Below are positions 35,418-50,600 of a stretch of 64,000 nt of DNA, in pieces. The stretch lies in assembly GCA_905178155.1 (NCBI GenBank), contig CAJINV010000006.1:2892658-2956657 (forward strand). Reading direction: 5' to 3'. This stretch comes from Amoebophrya sp. A120 (taxonomy: Eukaryota; Protista; Dinoflagellata). A program made the position numbers and the translations under genes. Numbering within the stretch: the first letter of the stretch is position 1; every line of letters begins with the position of its first letter. Under the pieces are notes generated by a model. That model saw only the letters and a list, made by a program, of their open reading frames with translations, was not told the origin of the DNA and searched no databases.

Positions 35418-38400
35418 CATGACAAATCTAGAAATCTTCCAGACCCAGACACTTTTGCATTTGATACATCGGGGCCATAGCCACGTGCTGCCAGGGATCT
35501 TCATCACCGACAAAATAGAGGCCATTTATTTTCCGAACCATATTTTTCCGTGGATGCTCTTAGACTTCAGATCTACATCTACTTCTGCTTACTTCGGATC
35601 AACATCATGCGGTCTCGGACCAAGACGGTGTCCAGCACATTAAATGTGACATGCAAATGAAGATGATATCTCTGCTCAGTAGTAGTTGTAGTAAAATATG
35701 AAACAGTATGAAATTCAAGTTCAAGCACGTATTCTTCCGTGTACTCAGCGAGTTTCTAGTACTGTCGGCGCTATTCTTGTTAAAGTATTTCCTTTATCAG
35801 TTGCCTTGCACCTGCAGCAGTATTCTGCAAGGCAAAAACAAGAACAGCGGGCTCAGTCCTTCGCTGGATTTTCCGTATTTTTTATCAACTTCTCACTTCA
35901 GTAAAGCTAAAATCGAAGGTGTATACCAATACTTACACTCGAAGGGAGAAGCGGTCTAAAAAAGTCAAAAAATCAAAAAAAAAGCCTAATCGACGTCATT
36001 GGAAGTGGTAAAAACGTATACTCATTATTCCTTTTTCATCCTTGTTTGGTAGTAGTAGAAGTAGTAGTGCGTACAACTCTTCCATCGGGTGTCTTTTCCT
36101 CGCGTGTTGATTCCATTTCAACATGCACGGGGAGGGGAACGCGAACGACCGAAACGATATACTTCGTCATGCACTTCTACCTGAAACCATTTTCGCACCC
36201 GTGTAAAAAACACCAAAAGTAGGGGGTAGGCCCAGCAGACGCAGAATTATTTTGCCTTGTGCAAAAAGAGAAGCAGAAGCAGAATTTTTACAATTGAAAT
36301 CCTTCTTCTTCTTCTTGAGTACAAGCATGCCGGGGCGTAGAAGAGGGCCCTGGTGTTTACATTACTCAACATGACAACTCTGCTTGTCACATTTATTTTC
36401 ACTGTCCGACTATACGGATCGGTCCGTCATGGGAGGTCCGTCATTGGCGGTCAGTTGCTTTTCTGAATGCAGTTTTGATTTCATTTTGGGAGGTTATTTG
36501 TGTAGTATTTCGCATCCGAACGCTCCGAGGCATTTTTGTTCAATACAAATGCCAGGAGATGAGACAGGTTGCAGAAATATGAAAAATGTAAGAAAGTTCG
36601 AGTTGCAGTCAGAGCGAGTTTGTTTTACCTATATTACGAGCCTGTAGTTAGAACTACCGGCTATAGCTCTACAAAGCAAGCGCTTTTCTTCAGACTCTTG
36701 CTGTTCGCGCCAGCGGCTTGACTTCTTGCTAGAGCCAGTACTTTTGAGCGGGTATGAATGATCACCCGCGTCACTTTTTATTCTTGATTCCCACTTTGTT
36801 ACTTCTTTGTTACTTCGCATTTTTGTATGAATTACTTTTATTAAATAAAATGAATTATCGACCCCGTTTTGATATACTAGCTTCCGGTTGATGTGTGCGT
36901 GGTGTCTCACGATGCCGTGCAAGTTATTTATTGCAATTATTTTTTCTGGGTCTGGAAGAATGCAAGGCGTTTCATGTTGCTCGGCCAGCATGTCTCTCAT
37001 GTCTGTGATACATGTAGCGCGAAAGTAGCGGGAGCGCTTTGCCATTCTTCTGCTATGCAAGCATAGCATGAGTCTGTCGTGCAGAACATGAATAACGATT
37101 ACCTAGCCCCGCAAGAACTTGTCATGCGGAGACATCAAAAGTTGTAGCGAAGCGTGCTGGTAATTCTTCTCCAAGAACCAGAAGCACGAGTTTTCAGATT
37201 CAGACATATTTGCAATGCGTACAAATGGTGCTAGTAGTCCCAAAGTAGTAGTTTTCGGCGTTGTTTAATACGAGGTGGTAAAAAAAAAATTCCAGCTGGT
37301 GCCCCACAGCTAGATCGACTATTTTGCTAATTTAAATAAGTATATAAGACACAGTATCGAGACTGACTTTGATGTGTAGTTTGTTTTCATATCCATACCA
37401 TATATTTGTTGTAGTTGAAGATTTTGAATTTCGTCTGCTCTACCAGTACAGTACTAACGATGTTTCATCAAAGCCGCGTTGAAATTCTGTAAAAGAAAAG
37501 CTAGGGAGTGGGAGAAGGAGCAGATGAAGTAGGAACAGGACCACAAACACGTTGTCCACCCAATCAAGGGAGGTCAACGCGTATTGAGGAACGAGCAGTG
37601 TAGTTGGGAACACGAGCTAGCTTTACCTCTCGCAGATTTTCGATCGTCATCGCGCAATATAATAACTACCGAATTGCTCTAACTCTATTGCTTTATAGGG
37701 CAGTTGCCCTTGCTGGAAACGAAAAAAGCAAAACGAGAAAACTTTCGTCTCCACAGAAGCAAAAGGATTTCATTTGAAAACAAGAAGGGAATAAAAACAA
37801 AAAAAAACCTCCGGCAGTAGCGGCCCACTGTTGCAGACGCGGCCGCGGTTGCTTATTATGATGCCGCTTTTCTCAGGAGAATGTAAGGCCGCGCGTGTTC
37901 TTTGCTATTGTTACCTCTTTCACAGGCTACTTCTGTCGTGTTGGTATCCTCTTTCCCGTTTATATTGTGGTCTGCGTCGGCCACCTGACAGGCATCGATC
38001 AGAGAAGAAGAACTGCTCGATGTGTGGTGTGATACAAGAACATTGCTGCACCCAGCCGCACAGAGGACTAGTAGGGCCGTTCTTGCTTTATGTCATTTTG
38101 TTGTACTGGCTTACTATGTCACCCACGATAACTATTATCTTCTCGTCGTCGTTCTCCTTCTCGTATGTAAACATTTTTCGGGGTGAGCGTGGTGGTGTCG
38201 CAGTCGCAGAGAGAGTTTATTTCGTCCGTCACGAATATATTTTATCATATTGATAAATGATATTCCACCACTACTCGAGGAGAGGCGTCATAATTTTGGG
38301 AACAAACATATAAACTTCTCAAATATGAGTTTTCCCCACCTGCCGTGGTTCGTCGTGGTCTTTTTCGCAATTTTGTCGTGTAAAAAATCCTCTAGGACAT

Positions 38401-38604
38401 CATGGTGTACTTTCTCGTTTTAGTTGTGTAAGGGAGGAAGAGCTAGATTCATCTTCCTCTTTATCTTTTCAATAAAAGACCGTGCAAGTAGTTCTTGTAC
38501 AGCAGCGAGAAGGCGAAAGCGAAGAAATGATCAGATGTAAAAGTAGAAAAGATTTTCAACATCAGGAAAAGTAAAATATTTTCACAACAACAAATACAAA
38601 AAAA

Positions 38605-41600
38605 ATGTTCGCCCCGCTGTTTTCCTCCCCGGAGAAAAAGAAGAAGAAGCGCAACTCCACAAATGCTGGTGGTTCCGCCGCTCTCTCCGAGAACAAAAGC
38701 AGCGCGAAGCGGCGCGTGTCCAGCACCACCAAGGTTGTCACGTTTCACGACGGGGAGGACGAGATTCTCACCGGCGCTGCAGACCCGCGTGGTAAGTCAT
38801 CGGCGCGCAAACAGGACCGGCTTGTGTCGCCGGAGAAGCAGGTCGTGGAGCCCTCGTCCCGAACGACGAGCGTGTCCCCCTCAAAAGTGGGCCTCACACT
38901 GGAGTTCACGAGCGAGGACCATTCGCCCGCGAAAAACGGGTCTGTGCTGCAGAACCTGAGCAATAAAAATGCAGCCAGCACTGCGTCGCACACTGGAAGT
39001 AGCGGGTCGACAAGCTCACTCGCACCGCCACCGCTGTGGAGCAACAAGATCGCGCAGGCACACAGGTTATGCAGTGCAAAAGCATCGTATTCGTATTGCA
39101 ATCATGCATTGCAAATCTTTTTCTTGAGGTAGATCAGCATTAACTCATGCTGAGGAAATTTGTAATGCATTTATGCGAGTGCGATACTTTTGCACTGCAT
39201 AGAGGTATATGACAGCAAGCAGGACGACGGGCAGTGCGGACCTGCAAGCGGAAACCCACACGACGAGGACACTTTCATCAGAAGATACAACCAAGCGGCC
39301 CCATGGGGGGGATGAAACGAGGTCGAGGAATATCCTGAGTAAAAACGTCCCCACACCAGAGTCAGGATGGGGATTTTGCAACACAAACCTAGGAGTGTTG
39401 GGAGTCACGCATGACAAATTGCACTCCGCAGTGTAGTGCTGGTTAGCAAGTGCAGCCGCATCACAGATTCATCTGCTCATCCTGTTCACAGCGTCACAAA
39501 TTCCAAAACACGATTGGAGATGGCTCTCATGGGGATGCGCATTACAAGTCTTCCTGTCTTTGCAAATCTGCATTACAACTCTGGCGTGGGTACGTTTTTA
39601 CTCAGGATAAGGAACAGTAAGTTCCGTCAGCACTTCGATGTGCAGCAGGAAGCGCTGGCGTTGATCAAGAGCCTCGACGAAGAGGACGACGACCACGTCA
39701 TGGCGGATGCCGGGGGACTATCAACCGCAAATACGTCTGGGTCTAGAAGATTGCCAGATTTGTCATGCTAGTCCGGTATGACTCTGCACTCTGTATTGCG
39801 TAGGGCCATCGGAAAAGCCTCTCTCGCCTGTCATGCAAAAAAAAACGCAGTTTCTACTCATGCGGAATGCGCAGCACAGAATCACGAAAAAACTTGTCAT
39901 GCTTGGCTGCGCGTTACGGTTCACTTATTATTCACTGACCTGCATGGATCTTCACAAGTTTCCAGACCCAGACATATTTGCATTTGATAGGGGCCAAGAA
40001 GCTCTTACCAGAGTCACGGATTCGGCGGCGGCGCCACAGCCTCTACCGGCGGTCTGCACATTGTGGAAGGCGTGCATCGGTCGCCCAAGGCCTTATCGAA
40101 TGCAAAAATGTCTGGGTCTGGAAGATTGCGAGATTTGTCATGCTGATCTGGCATGGCCCTTAAATCTGTATTGCGTGGCCACAAACAGCCTCTCTCGCCT
40201 GTCATGCGATAACGCAGTTTCTCATGCGGAATACGCAGCACAGAAGCACGAAGCAACTTGTCATGCTTGGCGGCGCATTACAGTGCATTTGTTATTGACT
40301 GACTTGCATCACAAGTTTCCAGACCCAGACACTTTTGCATTTGATAGGCCTCCACGCGCGACGAAAGTAGCCGGGAAGGGGGCGCGCGGGGTGCCGGCGC
40401 GCTTGCCGGGTTGGCACAGCAGGGTGCAGTGGATCGTGATGATCCGTCGCTCGGGGGCAAGGAGAAGATAAAACGACAACAGTCGACGGACCGCATGTTG
40501 CGGCAAGCCGAGGGAAAGCGGTTCATGTATGGGGTTCTCAAACGCTACATTCTCAACTGTTACATGAATTTGTCATGCAAAAGCACCATCATCATCCACG
40601 CGATCAAGCTGCTTCGCATGACAAATCTGCGTAGGGCTAAATAGCACCTAAATCTGTGCGGAATTTGTAATGCTACAGGCACAATCACCCCCCTTTCACT
40701 TTTCCCATTTGCATCACAAATCCATGCTACAGTTGAGAATGTAACAGTTGAGAACGCCATAGCACGAAGAACAACCGTAAGAGCGGGGGCGTCGTGGAGG
40801 TGGGAGCCAGTTTATGAGAGTGCGCAACTTCGTCTCCTCCTCGTTTTCATTTCCCATGCAAAACACCAATGGCACACTTCCGCTTTCGCTCCTGTCGCTA
40901 CTTATTATGCATGACAGGGTCTGGTAGCTTAAATCGCACTAAGTACTCCAGTGCAAATGATTTGTCATGCAAAACCGGCATTCTTGCTAGATACTTGTAT
41001 TGTCGTTCATGCTAAGGAAATGAGGGGGAGGGAAAGTTGTGCACTGTCATACAGTTACACCGGCGGGGACCTGAGTATCGGACGTAAGGCGGTCGCGCTC
41101 GAGGATCCCAGTATTGAGAGGAAAAATCCCCTCTCCCCACATCGAAAAGGTATGTTTCCGAAAATTTGCCTTGCTGATTTGTGACCACAAATCACGCCAG
41201 TCTTGCAAGAAGACAAATGCAAAGGGTTCCGCGCCATTATGGAAGCGATTTGGCATGCTGTTGGGCCTAGGGGGCAGCCGTTTGTAATGCTAAACATACA
41301 ACTAGACCCAAAGCAAACGCCCCTCCCTAGGCTGAGGATCTGGCTGCCATGCCGTATTGCAAGAAGGCGCGCATTTGTGTGCGGAAATCCAGCATCAGAA
41401 ACTTCGTCGCGATATGGGGAGGGGGGATGTTTCCTTCCGATACCCAGTCTGCTGCAGTCGGAGGAGAGCATCGAACTCACGCTATCCGGAGAAAAAACGT
41501 CCCCACACCAGAGTCAAGATGGGCAATCTGCTAGACAAATCAACCAGCTGTGGTTCTTGCTTCGCATGACGCGTTCTTTGTCCTCATAGTGTAATCCTTG

Positions 41601-44600
41601 TATAGGTATCTTTATCGCAGCAGCATCACAGATCTAGCATATCATGCCAATTCGTTCCAGCATCACAAATCCCAAAACACAACTAGAAAACGCTTCTCAT
41701 GGGGCTCCGCATGAGAAACTTTTTCGGCATGCAGATTTGCGTGACAGCTCTGGGGTGGGGACGTTTTTACTCAGAATACACACGACTCCCGGGGGAGGAC
41801 GAGGAGGAAACGGCGGAAGAGGACCATAGCCTGTGCAAAAGTAGTCGCTGTCATGATGCACTGCATGCATTGCAAAGTTCGTTCCCAGGGTAAATCAGGA
41901 TGACAAAGTGCACTTCTCATGCTGAGGACATTTGCGATGCGAGTTCCACCAGTATAGTCGGATAGCACTACTTTTGCAATTCATACACCAAAACGTCCTG
42001 CAGTCGCACGACAATAGCCCGTCGGACCTGTCCGATAAGTCGGCGCAAAAGCTGTCGCGTTGTAAAAATGCTTTTGCTTGAAGATCATTTTTTATTGTGA
42101 GGAAAAATCCCCCCTCCCCATACCAAAAAACAAAAGGGATACTTCTGAAAATTTGTCATGCTGATTTGTGACCACGAATCGTCTCTGTATTGCTGGAAGG
42201 CAAATCCAGAGACTTCGCCGCGTTTATTTGCAGGCAATTTGTAATGCTGTGTGGCCGACAGAGGGCACGCCTCCACCTGCCTTGCTAGGCGCCTACACCA
42301 AAACGCCCCTGCTCCGGCTTTGTATCTGCCTGCAGTCCTCTACTGCAAGACAGTACACAAATCCCGCATGATTACAGATTTCCACTTTGATATGGGGAGC
42401 GGGGATTTTTCATTTTGATACTTCGTTCTCGTAGTTTGATTTTTATGTCACGCAGCTGAGAAGGAATAGCAATTAGACACAAAGAACTCTACTCTACCGG
42501 TATCGCGAGAAAAAAAAAATTTTTTTATGCATGTGATAGAGGCTCTTTCATCGATTTTGGTTTGTCTTAGCCTGTGCAGAGTGGGACATCTTTTAGTATT
42601 TCCCGACAAAATGATCCCTTTGCTGCTACGAATACGAAAGTAGGAAGACCAAAAAATCCAAAACCTGCGATGTGATATTACAGGGCGGCGGTTCCGTAAG
42701 TACTTTGAGCAGGTGAAAGTGCCCGGCAATGTATGCACTGCAATTATGGCTGGGTCTGGAAGATGGCGAGACTTGTCATGCTAGTTTGGCGTGGCTCTGA
42801 GCTCTGTATTGCGTGGCCACGAACACCTCCTCTTGTCTGTCATGCAAAAACGATGTTTCATCTCATGCGAAATACGCAACACAGAGCCACGAGAAAATCT
42901 GTCATGCTTGGCGGTGCATTACAATGCGCTTTCTGTTCACTGACATGCATCACAAGTTTCCAGACATCATATTTGCACTTGATACAATGAGGGGGAGGAC
43001 GACGACGAAAAGCTACCGGGCGACGACGATTTTCAACAGGCTATGACAGTGCACAACCCCCCTTGCCCTCATTTGTGATGCAAAAACCCAATTCCAGTTG
43101 CTACCTTGTGGCACCGTGTGCATGACAAATTCCGGAAATTATCCAAACACTACTACACGACTCGGCGCATGAAGAACCAACTTGTCATGCACAAGGTCCA
43201 CCTGTACTGGTGTTTGTAATGCGGTTGATGCCATACAAATGAGGGGGAAGGGGAGTTCTTGTGCACCCTCATAGAGGCGTTGCAAGTGTGCAAGAAAAAA
43301 ACGTTGTTAGTGTAAATTTGTGATGCGCAACATGCAAGATGATTACGTCTGTCATGCTTGGCATGCATCGTAGGGTCCATCAAAGGGCGTTTTCGCATAC
43401 TATCTGCGCATGACAGGTTTTTGCTGTCATGCCGGACAAACTTGTAATGCTGTTCCTCCAAAAAAGTTACACCTACAATGTTTTTTTCTTGGATAGCAAG
43501 TGTTACAAGACTACTCCCCGCGCGAGTACTTCGAATCGCGAAAGCGCAAGCTGTATGGATTGCAAACGTATCGTACTCGTATAAATGCATTACAAATTTC
43601 CGCAGCATGAGAAATAAAATTTGTAATGCTGATTGACCTTAAGAAAAATAATGCATGATTGCAATACGAGTTTGATGCTTTTGCATTGCATAAGCTGCAG
43701 TCTGATGCCACCTGGACGAAGTACTCGCATGTGATTCTGATCTCCGTGATATGGATTGCAATTACGCCTGGGTCTGGAAGAATGCAACTTGTGATGCTGC
43801 ATTTGGATGTCTAGAAAATTTGTGTTGCATGAGCAGCAAATGGATTCTAATTTTTGCTACGCGGAGAGGGCATCTGTCATGAGGAATAGGCATTAGGAAG
43901 CCCTCTAAAAATCTGCGATGCTAGATCATGCATTAGAGGCATCATGGATCATACAAAAAATGCATGACAAGTCTCAGAACCTTCCAGACCCAGACACTTA
44001 TGCATTTGATTCGTGATTCTGTTCTGCAATTTGCTCTACATTGGTGTGGACGTCGACTCGGACCGGCCCAGGGCGCCCAGTACCGTCCTAGTCGCGGCTA
44101 TCACAGGAAAAAAGTGTTGCAGTTACACACTTGTATGGAACTTCAGCATCACAAAGTTGCTCTGCATGGCAAGGAAATATACTTGTGATGCGCAGACTAT
44201 AAGGGAAAACAGGAATGAAATGAGGCTGCCTGGCATTTCCTGAATGACAGAGGTTGTCTGTCTTGCTTGTGTTGTTACATCAGAGTGTCTAACTGTAACA
44301 CTTTTTTCTCACGATAGCGGCAGGCTCGGAAGATGAGAATGAAGAAGACGCTACTTCTACCACAGCCACTTCTGGTGCGGAAAATGGTGCAGCTATGCAT
44401 TGCAAATAGGTCTGGGTCTGGGAGGGTACAACTACTTGTCATGCTAAATCTGAATCATAGATACAAAAATCTGTGTTGCGTGATTACCAATAAAGCTGTT
44501 AACTTTTGAGAAGGCCGAGTGGCAGTTTCTCATGCGGAAAAGGCATGGTAAAGATCTCACAGAATCTGTGATGCTAGCGCATGCATCACAGACCTCACAC

Positions 44601-47600
44601 GTCATGAAAAACGTGCATGACAAACGTTGCACTTTTCCAGACCCAGACATAGTTGCATTTGATAACAACGTCGTCTTCGCGAATCCGGATTCTGGTGGAG
44701 TCGTTCGAAGCCTACGACTATCAAATGCAAATTATATGTCTGTGTCTGGAAGAGGAAGGATGCAAGTTTGTCATGCTTGGCCGGTCATACAGATAAGTCT
44801 GTGATGCTTTTTGCGCTACAACGGGACTTGTTTGTCATGCAAAGAGGCCATTTGTCATGCGGTTAACGCTAGACATAGCCACCCAGAAACTTGTCATGCG
44901 CAGCTCCGCAAAAACACAGGTTCCGTCTCATTCGGACATTAGCATGACAACTTTCCACACCCAGACCACATATTTGCAATGCATAGCGACGATTTGGATC
45001 AGGAAGTGTTCGAGAACAGTGGTCTCGCGCGGCTGCGTATGCAACGAAAAAAATGTTACTAGTATGAATATACACATTGTGTTGCAGACCAAGCAAGACA
45101 GACAGCCTGTCTCATGCTGGAACGGCTTGTGAGCCTCGTTGCATACGTGTTTTCCTTTAGGATCTCTGCATTGCAATTTTTCTCTGCAGCAACCAATGCA
45201 GAGCAAGTTTGTGTTGCAGAAGCCACTACAAGAAGTGTGTAACTGTATTGAAACTCTTTTTTCGTGTGACACTGCACTCCGGCATGTTCCCTCTCAGCAG
45301 CGGCATTCGGAAACTGTTTGGCCTACCAGAATCCTCGCTGCCAATGCTCGGGCAATCGCAGTGCCGGTCGGCGGGGCCGCAGCTGGATACCGACCTGCAG
45401 ACAGCAAGTGGCTCTTGTGCCGAACCGCAAGACCACAGAGGGGACGACGACACCCGGCTGGGCATTGCGCAACCTGCTTCCGGAGCAGATGAAAAACCAA
45501 CAGCGTTGCTGCATGATGATGTTGAACAACCCGCACCAGGTGCAACGAAAATGCCCAGTAATCCTTCGGCCTCGAAACGAACAAGAAATTCTGCACGCAG
45601 GGGGCTCGCGTCTGTCCAGCCACGTATAGATTTGCTTCGGTTTCTTGATGTACGTTCGAATTACAGTGGTGCTATTAAGCTGCTAATACTAAAAAGATTT
45701 TTCGAAATGCTATTTTTATACGGAGGGACGACCAGTACCACAGATGTAGCGGTCTTCTAGCTACTATTCGTTAGATGCCATTAAGATGCACATCCATGAC
45801 AGCACGCAACTTTTAGTTTTACAATTACATCGTGTTGATAAGTATTAGAGCTACTACTTCCACCGAGAGTAGATGTAGAAGTTGAAAATCCTGGAGAAAA
45901 TAAACTTGTACACCAGCATCGCTTTCGATGAGCCGTTTGCGGGATCGGTTTTTCCAGAAACGGCGCGGTGAGGCCTACGACTATCTTCTCGAGAAAAAAC
46001 GCCGGCTGGAGGCGAAAAAACAGAAACAGCGACAACTCATTGCGGCGAGGGCGGGCACTACAGATCATTTGCCCCCTATGGAAGCGTCAGGTTTGAAATC
46101 GACAAAGTTGAATATAATTTGTGATGCACAAAATGGATGCCAGTTGCAACCCAGCTTCCAAGTGGCGCATGACAAATTTGGGTAGAGCCGAAATCCAATT
46201 TGTCACGCTGTTTGGGTAAGGAAGACGCCACTTGTCATGCTATTTTAGCAGCTCAGTTTCTCTTTCTACCCCTCAACAGGCTTACAATCTGCCTCACTTG
46301 CCTACTGTGCAAGACAGGCATTTTCTGCGTTGCATTTTATGCATGACAATCTATTTCAACTTTGACGAGATTTCAATCCTGGCACTCCCATACCCCCGGC
46401 AGCGTCGACTTTCGAGGTCGTGCAGGAAGTGTACGAGATATGAGAGTGCACAAGAACTTGAACTCCCCCTCCCCCTCAGTTGTCATGCAAAATGCCAAAT
46501 CCACTAAATAATTCTGTCGGTTTGCACGATTCGCATCACAAGTTTCGGGACCTCCACGCAAGACAGCACCACAGTCTTGTGTGAATTTTTTTGTCATGCA
46601 AAACGAAAATATCCTGCATGTGCATTCGATATCGATTCCCGCCGATGCTTGTATTGCTGTTCATGCCGCAGCCGCAGCACAAATGGAACGACGAGGGGGA
46701 GTTGTGCACTCTCATACGAACCTAGAGTGATTGCGAAGTTTCTGAAGAAATTAACGGGGATGCAGACACTATGCAAGAAAAAAACAGTGTAAGTGTATAC
46801 TTATTTGAAGGAATTATAGCATGACAAGTTTGCTCTGCATGACACACAAAACCTATCATGCTTAGCTAGTATCAGTGAAAACACGTACGAGGAAAAGAGC
46901 CTCTGATACATGTGTCTAGCATGACAGGTGATAAGTGTTTTACATACGTCTGCAACACAAAGTTACACTTACACAGTTTTTTTTCTTGCATAGACACTGG
47001 ACACGCGGGACCACTCGCTGTGGAATCGGGCGGATTTTTACCGCTATTGTGAGGAAAAATCCCCATACTCAAAGTCGAAACTTGTGATGCTAATTTGTGG
47101 CCACAAATCAGCTTTGTCTTGCCTATAGGCGAAGGGGAGCCGTGATCCGCGTTCCACAGCCAGTCTGTCATGCGCTTTCGACTACTGCGAACCCCTGTGC
47201 TATAGCTAATTGCTAGCTGTGTTCTGCATACCCAATGAACAGGCTTCGAAATAAATGCCGCCAAGCATTTTCTGCAACACAAATCTGATAAATTGTGCGC
47301 GCAAATCCAGCATCAGGAGCTTCCTTCTGATATCTCTGGGGACGAGGGGGGATTTTTTTTTTGATAGCCGCCGATCTTTGTACACACCGCACGAGTTCCC
47401 CTTGCTCTACTCGGAGGGGCTTTCCGCTACCGCACCCACAACAGAGCTGCAACAAAGGAGGATGGAGAACGGCAGCGTGGTAAACAGGACCGTAATATGC
47501 ATTGCAAATGTAGTGTCTGGGTCTGGAAGGACGCAAGGTTTGTCATGCTTGTCTAGCATGACTGAAGAGTTTGTGACGCGTGTCCACGAAGAGACCGTTT

Positions 47601-50600
47601 TGCTTGTCATGCAAAAACGCAGTTTGTCACGCGGAAAACGCAACACTAACGCTAAGCAGCGCAGATGCTTCTCATGCTTGGCTGTGCATTACAGAGCATT
47701 CACTATTCCCTACCCAGCATTACAAGTTTCCGGACCCAGACATGATATTTGCAGTTGATATTTAACGGTACTAACGACGAAAGAGCAGTGGAGCCGGAAA
47801 TTGGAAGAGGTGGAAAAATATCCTGTGCAAACGGATCGTACTCGTATTGCAATCATGCATTTACAAATCTTTTTCTTAAGGTAAATCAGCATTACATTTT
47901 TCCTTTCTCATGCTGAGGAAATTTGTAATGCATTTAAACGAGTGCGATGCTTTTGGTTTTGTAATTCATAAAAAAATGAACGGCATTGGTGTTGCATCTT
48001 CGCTGCCCGCCGAGCCGGTCCTACCCCTTGGTCCTCCTGGAGCTGAAGTACACGCCGCCGCGGTGGAGGATGAATATGCAAAGAAAAAAACAGTGTAAAT
48101 GTAACTTTGTGTTGCAGACGTATGTAAAACACTTATCACCTGTCATGCTAGACACATGCATCAGAGGCTCTTTTCGTCCGTGTTTTCACTGATACTAGCT
48201 ACGCATGACAGGTTTTCTCTGTCATGCAGAGCAATCTTGTGATGCTGTTTCTCCAAGAAAGTTACACTCACACAGTTTTTTCCTTGGATAATGAAGTAGA
48301 CGATGGTAGTACCTACTTTGCAAACGAAAACCTGCAGTTCCTCTACGAAAATTTTCACGCGTATGGAAGCGTCAGGATCGAAATCGACAAAGTCGAAAAA
48401 TTTGCAATGCGTAAAATGTAGGGCACATAAGGCCTGTGTAGTTGGGGAGCAGGCAAGTGAGACCGATTGCAAGCCTGTTTAGGGGAAGACGATGCGCTGC
48501 CAGAATAGCATGACAGGAGCAGTCTTCTTCGTCCAAACAGCATGACAGACTGGATTTTGGTGCTCCCGAAATTTGTCATGCGCCACTCGGAAACTGAGGC
48601 TCCAACTAGTATCGATTTTATGCATCGCAAACTATTTCGATTTTGTTGATTTCGATTCTGACACCCCCATAACGCGGCTTGCGATGCAGTCCGGCACAAG
48701 CTGAATCCCGCGCCGAGACTATTGAGAGGAAATATCCCCCCTCCCCATATTGAAAAGGCACGTTTCCAAAAATTTGTATTGCGGATTTGAGGTCGCAAAT
48801 CACATCTGTCCTGCAAGAAGACAAGGGCAGAAGCTTCCGCCCCATTATGGAAGCGATTTGTCATGCTGTTGGGCCTAAAGGGGGGCCGCTTGCCATGCTG
48901 AACTACTAGACCCATACGCCCCTACCTAGCCTGGGGATCTGGCCGCAGTGCCTCTCTGCAATACAAAGCTGATTTGTGGCCACAAATCAGCATCACAAAT
49001 TTCCTTTTTGATATGGGGAGGGGGGATTTTTCATTTTGATAGAAACTGTTCTTGCTTTCCGCCGCACAGAGCCGGTTGCTTTTCGAGCAGGAGGTGATGC
49101 GGTACGACGATATCGCGAGGAGAAATCCCCCCTCCCCGTATTGACGAGGTACGTTTTCGAAAATTTGTGCTGCTGATTTGTGACCACAAAGCGTCTCGGT
49201 GTTGCATGAAGGCAACCGCACAGGCTCCGCCGCATTCTACAGGCGGTTTGTCATGCTGTTGCTCCTACAGCGTAGACGTCTGCCATGCCAAGTGTCTACG
49301 CTCAAATCTGTCCACTCAGGCTCGGCAAGGGCCTGTAGTGCTCTCCCGCAAGACAAATCTGATTTGTGGACGCAAATCGAGCGTCAGAGGCTTCGTTTTG
49401 ATATGGGGAGGGGGGGTTTTTCCAGTTGATAGGCGAAAAGGCGTACGACATGAAGCACCGACGGAACACGGCGGGCCATGAGGTCTCCGTGCAAACCGTG
49501 CAAACTATCGTGAACGCGAAGAAAACGCACACGAGGGGAAGGCGCTTGAAGGTCCTGGTGTCCACTTCTGCATCTTCGGGTGCTAGGAGTCCACCGCGAA
49601 CGGACGACGATGTCCTCTCCGCTACTCCCCGGCGTCGCATTATGGGAGTGTCAGGATTGAAATCGTCAAGGTTGAAATAGTTTGTGATGCATAAAATGCA
49701 ACCCACAAAATGCCTGTCTTGCAGAGTAGGCAAGGGAGGCAGATTGTAAGCCTTTTTTGAGGGGTAGAAATAGAGCTGCTGAAGTAGCATGACAAAAGGC
49801 GTCTTCCTTACCCAAGCAGCATGACAAACTGGATTTCGGTTCTACCCAAATTTGTCATGCGCCACTTGGAAACTGGGTCACAGCTGGCATCCATTTGATG
49901 CATGGCAAATCATTTCAACTTTGTCGATTTCAAACCTGACGCTTCCATACGCATTCTGCTGGAGCTCGACGACCGGCCGCCGATGATGTGGGTCTGCGAT
50001 TTCTTCTTCTACCTGTTTTTCCTCGCGGAGCTGATTTTCCGCTTGACAAGGCAGCACAACTACTTCAACTTGGATATGGCGTTCTCAACTGTTACATTCT
50101 CAACTGTTGCATGAGTTTGTGATGCAAGAATAGCAAAAGTCCAAGAAGGGAGGTCGCACGTGTAGCATTAGAAAGTCCGCAGAGAGATAGGCGTTGTGTA
50201 GCCATTTGCAAACTTGTCATGCAAAGCAGGCAGAACGTGTGGATGAGATGATGGTAGTTCTGCAGGACGCATTCATGTAACAGGTGAGAGTGTAACGTTT
50301 GAGAGCGCCATACTGGAGCACTTTCTGTACGACAACTACCTCCCCTTCATCACGATCATTTTGGACACCACGCGGCTCATATGAAGAGAGTGCACGACAA
50401 CTCCCCCCCGTCCACCTCATTTGTCATGCAAAGCACCCAAAAATCCACCCTTTACCTCTTGGCACTGTGTGCATGACAAGTTCTGGTAGCGGCCCAAGTA
50501 GCACTACGCTGCTCCAGTGCAAATTCGCCATGCAAAACCGGCATTTTTGGTGATGCTTGTTGTATAATTTGCATTCATGCTTTACGAGGGGGAGGGGGGG

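Noticed and set aside
50195-50210. Relic dinoflagellate spliced leader (GTAGCCATTT)
   Set aside because: Only about 10 nt match, inside a family J element, and not upstream of a start codon.
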